Translations under genes and position numbers: made by a program
Source: Trypanosoma brucei
Taxonomy: Eukaryota
DNA length: 64,000 bases
Direction: 5' to 3'
Assembly (NCBI GenBank): GCA_000002445.1
Contig: CM000207.1
Span: 1,856,001-1,920,000 of the forward strand
Shown: one piece after another, positions 21,570-30,837 of the stretch
How the letters are laid out: each line of letters starts with the position of its first letter
Numbering within the stretch: the first letter of the stretch is position 1
Notes under the pieces: model-generated
Database searches by the model: none
The model's input: only the letters and a program-made list of their open reading frames with translations
Told to the model about the DNA's origin: nothing

Positions 21570-23372
21570 CACAAACTTTACCTTGCGCAGATACACATAC
21601 GGATCAGGGAGTAGGCGAGGCGGAGGCCGGGAAATATTTCATCATTTAGTGGCAGCGGCTGGCAACAAAAAAGGGAACGGAAAGTTGCGAAGGAAACTGC
21701 GACTGGTAGGCGAAGTCGCCAGCGGCCAGCAAATAACGGAAAGTATCGAAGCAGCAGCGGCAGCGGAGGTGGCGGCGGTGGCGGTCGTGGAAAAAACGAA
21801 AAAAAAAAGAGCACTGAAAATCCTTCACAAGGAGGGGAATAAACAAATAAATAAATAAAAGCAAAAGCATTTATTTATTTATTACCAAATCAACACCAAC
21901 AACAAAGAAGAACAAAGCGGTAACGGGAATTTGCAGGGGTTTACGGGACTTTTTCTTCTTTTTCTTCTTTTTTTTTCTTGATCTGTTCATTACCGTGCTA
22001 CCACCATTAATAATATTATTATCATCACTATTTATTATCGTTGTCGTTACTAACTCTGACTCTTGTTGGTTTTTTTTAAAATAATACAAAACAACAATAA
22101 CAACAACAACAGGAAGAAGAAACGACAACAAATCAAACAGGAAAAAGTAAGAAAAAAAGAAGAGAAAGCACACAAAAGGAAAGAAAAGTGAAGAGAGAAT
22201 AAGAAGGAGAAAGCGGTGGTGAAGAAAAGGGGGAACGTGTTGTTTACATCTCCCCAGACATATAAATTATTTAATATATATACATATATATATTATATTT
22301 ATATTTATATATCTGTATTTGTCTTTACGCATTTGCGTATTCCACTCATTTCCCTGCCGGACAGAAGGGTTACGAGGAAAAAAAAAGAGAAAAAGAGAAG
22401 ATAGAATATCAATACAAATTCATCAGTACCCAGTAGTTTTTTAACAAACTAAGAAAAGAAAAGAAAAGAAAAAAAAGGGACAACCTTATTCACGGACAAC
22501 AAACGGGGAAAAGAAGTAGCGATAAAAAAAAGAAAAGAGGTGCGAGAGTGAAAGAGGAAGAGAAGGAGAGTGGTTACATCCGATCAAAGGATTCAAATAG
22601 TATAAAAAAAATAAAATAGCAATAATAGTAAATAAATATATTAAAAAGAAGAGCACAATTAGAAAATACTGCTGAGGTAGAAGAAGGGGAAGGAAAAGGA
22701 GAAAACAACAGGGAACTTAACGGGGAGGAGAAAATATTACTTATATATTGCCTCTTTTGTTGTTTATTTCCGTGACGCCATCCTGTCAGCGTGACGTGTA
22801 AAGGGAGTTACTAGTTTTATTTTGTAGTTTGTTTTTTAATAGAGCAGGGCGGGGGGAAGTGATTAGAGGGAAAACAAACAAACAAATAAATAAAAAGAGA
22901 AGAAATCCTTTATAACTCAGCAGGTCCGTGGCAACAGCAGATAACTGCTGCTGCTGCTACTACTGTTATTGTTGTTTTCTTTTTTTCTTGAACTCTTCTT
23001 TTTAATTTTCCCATAGTTGTTGTTCTCGACTCGTGTGGTATTCCTATTGCTCTTGTAGTTGTTGTTTCTGCGATTGCACTCGATCTGTGGCGATAAAGGG
23101 AAAGGAGAAAACGTAGAAAAAAAAACTATTCGGTAACGTGAGGTGTTAAATTGGATATTATTATATAAACGGTAGAATTTTTTTATTTTTGGAGCTTAGA
23201 CCCGTGCTTTCACGTGTCGCAGTGACCTGTTTCCAGAGTTTAACGAATAGGAAGTGAATTCAGTAGACGAAAGAAAAAAAAAAGAGGATAAATTTCAAAA
23301 GCATATTAACGTTGTAGAGGAGTGCGTTTGAGTGGGAAGTTGGTTGATTAGTGGTGTTTAACTTTTCAAATT

Positions 23373-25055
23373 ATGGAGGGCACTGGCGGTAAAGTTAAGG
23401 GACTAAGCTCATTGGAACTCAAGGCTTTGAGTGTGCCCTTTGCGTTGCGTTTCCTTCTGGGTGTGGAGTGTGATGTTGTATTATGCGTTACAGAGGTGGG
23501 AAATCGGCGACCCTTCTCCATTAGATTTCCGAGCCTTTCCAATGCATTCAAAGAGTTGTTGCAGTTGTGCGCCTTACGGTATGACCTCTCTTGTGAGCAT
23601 TATGACGATCACAGCCTCTTTACGGGAATTCTAAAATTCCCAATACTTCGGTACATTGACTACATACCAGGTGCTTTACATATGGAAGAAGTCCTCGGGT
23701 GCTTAGGCGTGGAATCGATAAGGTCACCGAAGCGTTTGGGAGAATCCCTCCATGAATTTGTGGCGTCCTTCATCGACTACAAGGACTACCAGCCAGACGC
23801 GGCACTTGATCCGTTGAATAACGGACTGTATTTAACGTTAGACTACGGCCTTTCCACAGCCACGCACAGTCACCTTGTGGAAATACAGTTTCATAGGGGA
23901 TGGGATGTTGATGCAGCTCTGCGAGAGTTTGAGGAATTTAGCAGGTTGACAGCAAATGATATCCGCTTCATCGATGAAAACAATAGAGGAAGAGGTGGTG
24001 TGCTCGTAATGCCATCAACACAAGACGCATCAGATTTGTTTGAGCGTTATGAGGACGAGGACTCCGATGACGAAGGTGAATTGCTACCTTTTGTGCTTCG
24101 TCCTGTAGCCCCAATGGTGCCTGTTCCATCGGTGGAGGATTCAACACTGAGAAAACACCGTGAGCAGTACTGGAAGGAGATTGAAACCTTCTGGAAGCGT
24201 TTCCCGATATGGAGTAATACTGTGGTTGTTTCCAACCTCTACGATGGCGCTACACTGGAGGACGCGCTTCGGTTGTTTGATGGACTTGCCATTGCAAAAG
24301 CCACAATGGTGGAATGCGACACCCCCGCGCGCCGGCGGAAGTTGTATGTAACGTTTGAGACATCTGCCGTGGCGCGCACGGCTTTGTCGTCGGACAGCAT
24401 GAGCACGAAAGGAAAAACTCTCCGAGTTCAAGTTTCTCCCCCGTTCCTTAATGAGGAGAGACGCGGCCGTGTGATTGAAACGATTTCTTCGCCCACCTCA
24501 TCTCCATCATTGCGTAGTAAATGCTATCCCACCGGACTCACTGGCTCTCCTAACTGCACTACAGCAGAACCTGAGGGGGTACACAATGAACGGAAAGAGA
24601 CAGAAGGTCGTCGGCGGGATGCACACGCCGTATCGGGCAAAAGTAGAGACTCTGCGCCCGCGTTAGTGAATACTGAGTCTAAACATAACGCGTATACAAC
24701 GCCCAAGTTGAAACCCAAGACACCGGATGTAATGTGTCAAAGCCCTTCACCGGTATCGTCAACCATGAATGCAAACGCCAGAGAATTTGTCCCTTCGTCT
24801 GCCTTTCATGCATCCACTCCGACTACGAGCGCATATGTCTCACCTGTGCCTTTAGTGTGTGTGAGTGAAGTCCTTTTGTCTCCTCCTGCGTATTCTCTTC
24901 ATGGAAGTTCTGTACGGCAGGACGTTGGGTTGGGTGGGGGGCCTCCGCCACCTCCACCGCCGTACACTGCGCCTCCTCCATATGGCGTTGCTGCGGTGCA
25001 AACTGTTGGTATGTTTCCATCTCACGTGCTTCCCCCACCGCATCAGTCAGCATAA
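23373..25055 (+). CDS. Hypothetical RNA-binding-type protein with an RRM-like domain, a PAM2 (PABP-interacting) motif and two PPxY motifs
   Basis: A 560-aa ORF. A putative RRM-like segment (KLYVTFETSAVARTALSSDSMSTKGKTLRVQVS) lies about 300 aa in. SSTMNANAREFVPSSAF fits the PAM2 consensus xxLNxxAxEFxP with an L-to-M change. The C-terminal tail is Pro-rich, with PPPPPPPYTAPPPYG. It has an acidic DEDSDDEGE block and is preceded by about 5 kb of low-complexity sequence. Confidence 0.7.
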   Translation: MEGTGGKVKGLSSLELKALSVPFALRFLLGVECDVVLCVTEVGNRRPFSIRFPSLSNAFKELLQLCALRYDLSCEHYDDHSLFTGILKFPILRYIDYIPGALHMEEVLGCLGVESIRSPKRLGESLHEFVASFIDYKDYQPDAALDPLNNGLYLTLDYGLSTATHSHLVEIQFHRGWDVDAALREFEEFSRLTANDIRFIDENNRGRGGVLVMPSTQDASDLFERYEDEDSDDEGELLPFVLRPVAPMVPVPSVEDSTLRKHREQYWKEIETFWKRFPIWSNTVVVSNLYDGATLEDALRLFDGLAIAKATMVECDTPARRRKLYVTFETSAVARTALSSDSMSTKGKTLRVQVSPPFLNEERRGRVIETISSPTSSPSLRSKCYPTGLTGSPNCTTAEPEGVHNERKETEGRRRDAHAVSGKSRDSAPALVNTESKHNAYTTPKLKPKTPDVMCQSPSPVSSTMNANAREFVPSSAFHASTPTTSAYVSPVPLVCVSEVLLSPPAYSLHGSSVRQDVGLGGGPPPPPPPYTAPPPYGVAAVQTVGMFPSHVLPPPHQSA

Positions 25056-25454
25056 TTTTATTTCTCTTTTCTCCTTTCTTTGTTTGTTTTTTTCACTGTT
25101 TTTCGCAATCGCTTCATTTTTTCGTTGGGTTTGTCTCAAAACAGGGGGAGAAGGGAAAGAAAAAGGAGAAAAAGGACTCTTGTTGTGTGTGTATATATAT
25201 TGTGTAATTGTTTTTATTTGATATTTTTGTTACTTCCATGCCCTTCTTTTTTGTTTTTTCCCCTCCGTTTTGACTTCCTTTTGTGTTTTTCCACTACCTC
25301 GTTTCATAGCACTTTCTCAAAAAGAAAAAGTGAAAGAAAAACTATAAATATTTGTATTTATATTACCATCACTGTGTTGGTGTATGTGCTTGTTACTGTG
25401 TCAACTTTCCCTCTATTTCTTTCCTTCTCCTCTATCTCCCCCTAAGCTCCCTTT

Positions 25455-25463
25455 ATATATATA

Positions 25464-25497
<34 letters not shown>
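25455..25497. repeat. Interrupted (TA)n microsatellite
   Basis: tatatatataatatatataatatatatatatatatatatatata. Confidence 0.9.
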
Positions 25498-26625
25498 CAA
25501 TTATACTGAGTGGTAAATATGTCAATACACTACGCGGGCAATCATCTTATATTAACTGTGCCGCCTTTTTTTTTTCTTGACGGTCGGTGTGTTTTTACGA
25601 TGTGAATATCCGAAATGTCATCTTTGGGTCAAGATTTATCTCTTGTTGGTTATTTCTTTTTTTTTTTTGCGCACGCATGTTTTCTTACGTGTGTGTCACG
25701 AGCGAAGGAAAAAAAAGATAAAAAGAAGGAAAATAAAGGTGTTTCCGCATATCAATATAATATTATACATATTTTTACACTTCTGTAATATGTGTGTATA
25801 TATTTATTTGTTTTGACATATGTGCATATTATATTATATCATATTATATTATATTATGTGACTATGCTTATGGTGACGGGAGCCGATGAGATGGTTTTGA
25901 GCACTTGTTTTTGTGCTGTTTTTCTTCATTGCTTGTAGGCAGTTTGATATCAGTGAGACTATTTGAAGTATTTCTCAGTAAACCTTTTCGCTCCCTTCCT
26001 TACTTTTTGTTTCTTCCATACTTCATTTTTTTTTTCCTTTTGATGCACATGCTTTCATGTTTTTCCTCCTCGACTTAAAAGGGGGAAAATTAATGAAAGA
26101 AAAAAATGGCAGGGGAGCTTGAAGAAAGGAAAGGGTGTTGATTAAAAAAAAAAGGATTCTGGAACAGAAGGAAGGAGGAAATTGATAAGTTAATCCGCAA
26201 AATAATAATAATATTTAATGGTCCTGGTTTTTCAAATCAGTTTCCATATAGACAAAGAACTGAATTGTGTTGAGATGTTTCTTTTGCTGCTGTTGTTGCG
26301 AGAGTTTAAGCACTTCCCTCACATCACTGGACTACACAGTGTGATTGTCTTCATTAATGAGTCTATCAACGACTTTCCTGTCGTTTCTTACATGAAGCTG
26401 TTGGGAATTACACTTATATTAGCATATTTATTCATATATTCTTTTGTGTCTGACTTTCATTTCTCCTGTGTGATGCGGAACAGGAGTTTATTTTCCCTTT
26501 TCCACATATACATACTCACAAGTATATACATATATAAATGCGTACGTTTGTTTCTAAAATGCCCCATCTTTACAGTATGCTTTTCTTAATTATGACTTGG
26601 TCTTGCCTAAAGGTGGAAGGCAAGG

Positions 26626-28110
26626 ATGTATGCTGATGAAGAGGAGAGTCGTTTCACTGGTAATATTCATACAATGCCTTCGATGACTGCAAACGGTAAG
26701 AATAAGGAATCCGCAACGGAAACGACAGATCTGCTCAGGAATGGCGGCTCCAAAGACGATGAAAATGTAGGTTATACATCAGTCTTCACGCAAACAATTG
26801 TCGTTATGCGACATGGGGAGAGGCGTGACGGGTCGGTGGATGCGGAACCGGAAGCGGATCCTCCTCTTACAGAACAGGGTTTAGCAAATGTGTCAAACGC
26901 AGCAACAGAGCTTCGTAACATTCTTGGAAGCAGAACAACACAGAATTTGCAGATTTTGACCTCACCGTTTTTAAGGACTATGCAGACAGCTGAGAGGCTG
27001 CAAAAGTGTGGAATAGGTGTAAGACGGCAGCGAATTGTAGACAACAACCTTTGTGAGGTGTACGGGCCATTGAGAATTAAAAGTAAAGAACCACCCCGCT
27101 TACCCGATGATGCTGTGGTGTCCGGACGTGGGTCGCTGCCTCTGTGGGGGGAGTCCCTCGAGTCAGCAACAAAACGGTTTGCTGATGCGTTACAAATGAA
27201 CTCACGCACATATTCGGAAGCGAATCTACTATTCGTAACACACGGCGATGCCTTAGGTGCTATCGTTTCTGCACTCTATCCAATGCGGATGGTTTATGAG
27301 GCGGAATACCTCTCTTTCATTGTTCTGCGGAAAAATAAGATAGAAAATAGCTTAGCAAGTGGATGCCGTGAGTTTGAACTTGTGGCTTCCAAAGGTGTGC
27401 AATGGATGGTTACAGGTCCGGAGGATTGCGACCCACAAGAGTCGGGTCATGCAGCTTCTGAGGATTCCGCTTTAGGCAAGAAGAGCGACCCTTTCGGGCA
27501 ACCGAGAGGTGATTCACCTCTTCACATTTCCCGCCGCCCCTTTGGAGCTGAAGACGGTGCGTCACCCATTAATTTACACAACCTCTCCAATGAGGAGGGC
27601 CGCGGGTGCTTACTGGATTTTTGGTTACTTTTTGTATTTCGCGTGTTGGCAGTGGCGTCGCAGGCACCTCTGCTTTTTTTCCTTGAGACAAACCTTAAGG
27701 ATGCTGGTACGTATATCACTGTTGTTTTGCTACTCGAGTTGATATTCTTTTATGCCTCCACCACTGACGAGAGATATTTTGGTTTTTATCAGGCGCTCGT
27801 AGCTGTTGAGAATTTTCCTGCAGTTTGTCGGCGAAGTTACAGGTCACTTTCCGGTGGTCACGGTGCGAGCACCCCTCGACCCAATGTACTGTTGGTACTT
27901 TGCGCCGCGAGCTTAAAGTGTTTTGCCATTTTTGCTATTGCTAGCGGTGCTGCCGCGTTTTTAAGCCTTTTCCCCGGTATCCACTTCACAATGTTTGATT
28001 CGTATAAGATGATATTCAACTCATTCTGGAGTGCGCTGCTGGTATTGTTTTTGCTCTTATTTAACTTTGTCCGTGTATACTGCTACGTGTCGGTAGCTTT
28101 GGCGGGTTAA
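26626..28110 (+). CDS. Histidine phosphatase superfamily (phosphoglycerate-mutase-like) protein with a C-terminal multi-span hydrophobic region
   Basis: The catalytic RHG motif in VVMRHGERRDG and the second catalytic histidine in LLFVTHGDALGAIVSAL are both present. The last 170 aa or so contain at least 4 hydrophobic segments (LLDFWLLFVFRVLAVA, ITVVLLLELIFFYAS, LLVLCAASLKCFAIFAIASGAAAFLSLF, ALLVLFLLLFNFV). Confidence 0.75.
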   Translation: MYADEEESRFTGNIHTMPSMTANGKNKESATETTDLLRNGGSKDDENVGYTSVFTQTIVVMRHGERRDGSVDAEPEADPPLTEQGLANVSNAATELRNILGSRTTQNLQILTSPFLRTMQTAERLQKCGIGVRRQRIVDNNLCEVYGPLRIKSKEPPRLPDDAVVSGRGSLPLWGESLESATKRFADALQMNSRTYSEANLLFVTHGDALGAIVSALYPMRMVYEAEYLSFIVLRKNKIENSLASGCREFELVASKGVQWMVTGPEDCDPQESGHAASEDSALGKKSDPFGQPRGDSPLHISRRPFGAEDGASPINLHNLSNEEGRGCLLDFWLLFVFRVLAVASQAPLLFFLETNLKDAGTYITVVLLLELIFFYASTTDERYFGFYQALVAVENFPAVCRRSYRSLSGGHGASTPRPNVLLVLCAASLKCFAIFAIASGAAAFLSLFPGIHFTMFDSYKMIFNSFWSALLVLFLLLFNFVRVYCYVSVALAG

Positions 28111-28499
28111 TGGTTCCATTGGCGCGTGTGTTTTTGATCTCAATACTCCCAGAAAATAACGCAGCTATGCATTTAGAAAAGGAAAATGAATAAGGCGGTG
28201 GGGTGCACTGCACATGGTATAGTGAAAAAAAAAAGGAACAAAGGTAAAATACGAGTGAGGGTATCTGAAAGCACCGGGCGAGATTATTATTATTATTATT
28301 ATCATTATTTTTTGTCGAGGTGCCGCCCGTATTTTGGGTGCATACGTTTGTTTTCCGCAGTTCGAGACGCGTTGGGAAGACGGTGGTCACCGTTAGAGAA
28401 TTAATGAAAAAAAAAGCAAGGGGGTCTTAGTGTTTTACAGAGAAGACGGACAATGAATGCATGCTCACGAATGCATATGTGCGTCTTTCCTTTTTTTTT

Positions 28500-28500
<1 letters not shown>

Positions 28501-28539
<39 letters not shown>

Positions 28540-28546
28540 CGCGCGC
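28501..28546. repeat. Compound microsatellite (CT)12(GT)7(GC)4
   Basis: ctctctctctctctctctctctctgtgtgtgtgtgtgtgcgcgcgc. Alternating purine-pyrimidine sequence of this kind is Z-DNA-prone. Confidence 0.95.
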
Positions 28547-28808
28547 ATATGTGCTTGTATATATATGATGGAGCTCACTGTTGACGGTTGCACTTTTATT
28601 TATGTTAAGTCATGTGTCACACCCCACTTATTATTTCATTTTTCTTTCAGCATTTAGGTAGGGAGGATTTTCAAGCGCTTAGGTAAATAGAAAGCTGGGA
28701 GAGTGGTGTCGCCCGCTTGTTACAGTAAAGTAGTTTGCATTTTGTGTGTGTGTGTTATACCTCCTTTGGCTCTCATATAACGCTCGATTATACTCCAAAA
28801 TTCTCTTC

Positions 28809-29420
28809 ATGCAAACCAATGAACGTGTCGTCACTACTGTGGACGAACTGACATCTCGTGTTGCGCAGCGTTCAAACCTTTCCGGCGACGCCGTTCCCTT
28901 TACACCTTCATTTCTTCAAGTTCCAGCAGCGTCAACAACCGTACCAACTACAGTAACGCAGCAATCAGGAGTAGTAACGGTGGCTCATGTGCGTGAAAAC
29001 GGAGGGAAAGGGATGAGTGAAGAGGGAAAATTAAAGAGGAGAAACCACAACAGCAAAAGCGGCAATAGAAAGGCAAACAGAGACAAAGATCGCAAAGATG
29101 TCTCCACGATTTCACCACAACAGCATGGTGGGGAGAGTGGTGGGGATTTGGAAATGTGTCAAGAGGAAATTGTCAAAGCTTTGACATTGGTAGCACCCAT
29201 TTACAATGCACTGGAGGGTATGACTGAAGACGAGAAGTTGCTTCTTGAGGGTTACTTATGCAACTCGGGAACGAACAATGAAAGCGAAACATACGACATT
29301 GACGAAGATGATCGTTTATTTGTTAACGACGATGATGGGATTAACTCGGAGGAGGAAGTGTGGATACTCCAACAGATGATGGACGCGGATGCACGGGTGT
29401 GTGAGCAACACGAAGAGTAA
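28809..29420 (+). CDS. Hypothetical 203-aa protein with a basic middle, an acidic C-terminus and a possible PAM2-like motif near the N-terminus
   Basis: The ORF-track start at 28746 is a GTG, and the first ATG is at 28809 (MQTNERVV). NLSGDAVPFTPSF has L, A, F and P at PAM2 positions 3, 7, 10 and 12; compare eRF3 LNVNAKPFVPN. It contains the basic block KRRNHNSKSGNRKANRDKDRK. Confidence 0.5.
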   Translation: MQTNERVVTTVDELTSRVAQRSNLSGDAVPFTPSFLQVPAASTTVPTTVTQQSGVVTVAHVRENGGKGMSEEGKLKRRNHNSKSGNRKANRDKDRKDVSTISPQQHGGESGGDLEMCQEEIVKALTLVAPIYNALEGMTEDEKLLLEGYLCNSGTNNESETYDIDEDDRLFVNDDDGINSEEEVWILQQMMDADARVCEQHEE

Positions 29421-30837
29421 AATTTATGAGGATAATTATGGGTTTTGTGGAAGTGAAAACGCAAAATAAACGGTAGGAGGAGTTGGCGAACGAATTAGAA
29501 GTGATGTCCATAGAGATGTTGTTAATAAAATTATGATGTAGGTGAACATTACCATTGAAAGGTGCATGCTGGGGCCGAGGATTTTCTGTTGTGTTTTCTC
29601 CCTTGCATTACAAACTCTGGGTTGGCGATGGTGATGAATTGGACTCCGTGTGTGTGTGAGAGAGAGAGAGATATCGTTGAAAGTACAAACTAATGACGAT
29701 AATCCCTTTTATTGTTAGTTAGTTATTTTTTGGTTTCGTACGCAATTGAATTATTGGAGGTCTGCCCTCACTTTTGTTTGTGGGTTCCTTCAAGCGGTAT
29801 CATAGAAGGGGAAGAAGCACATACGTATTTTTGGTTGTCTATTAGCCACATATTGGAGCAATGTTCACAAACAAGTGAGAGCAAGCAAATACGTACAAAA
29901 GGGAAAGAAAACAGTGCATAAAATAATTGCCGGGCTTAAACCCTATATATATATGTGCGTGTGTGTGTGTGTGTGTATTTTTTCATATTTATTCCGGACT
30001 TTCTCTTCCCTACCGTAAACTGTTCAGATGCAATCGTTTAGTGGATGCTAGTTCAGGGCCAACCACCGATTATTGGTTTACATTTCATTTGAAATGTTGT
30101 TCCCGTGACACAATCCATATCGTGACGCTGCATCTTGTTTGTGCAAAGCAAAATATGGTTTTCGAACCTTTCCCTCACTAAAACGTCTTGTTTTCAAGTT
30201 TAATTGCTGTTTGCCTCGTATTTTTCCTCTTTGTGTTTCGTTGTGCTCTTTAGCGTTACTTTCCGACTGTGTCACCTCACTCTTAAAGTTTCGGCTGTTC
30301 ACTCCCTTCCCCAACATGACGCACAACAAACCTTTCCCCTTTATATCATGAAATGATGAGTTGCGCGTACGGAACTGCAAAATGTTGCACTTAGTTATTT
30401 AATCTCTTCGGTATATGTTTTCTACTTTTGAATAGACGAAGCTTAAGTAATAGAGGAAGCATATAACACTAAAGACGGGTTGGTGGTTGTTAAACATTCA
30501 TTTAACCCCCTTCAGGCTACCCCGGGCCCTATCGGGAGAATTATATATATATATTGTTCTGTGTGGTGGTACATTGTGACGAGTAAAAAAAAGCTTCTGT
30601 TGACGGCAAGAGGGGTGAAACGTTTATATTTGTGGATAGGACGCGGGTGGGAGCGAAAGAGTGACCAACTATATAGGTATTTATAGTTGAGTGTTAACGT
30701 CGATTTTATTTTTTCTTAATCTTTATTTTTAAACAGGTTTTTTGTACATTTGTTGTTGGCTTGAGAACAAGCCCTCCACCGTTCTTTGACCACTTTTCGA
30801 AAGCCAGTCACTGGTGAGGTTGGGGCAATCTCAGGTG

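Noticed and set aside
19686-22404. Several 60-130 aa ORFs on both strands in the 5-kb intergenic region (for example 21583..21858 + and 21871..22173 -)
   Set aside because: They are homopolymeric translations (poly-K/E from A-rich tracts, poly-F/L from T-rich tracts) with no ATG context or domain features.
28186-28404. 72-aa ORF just downstream of the histidine-phosphatase gene (MNKAVGCTAHGIVKKKRNKGK...YYYYYYHYF)
   Set aside because: It spans a (TTA)n repeat and A-rich tract, with low-complexity composition, so it is probably 3' UTR.
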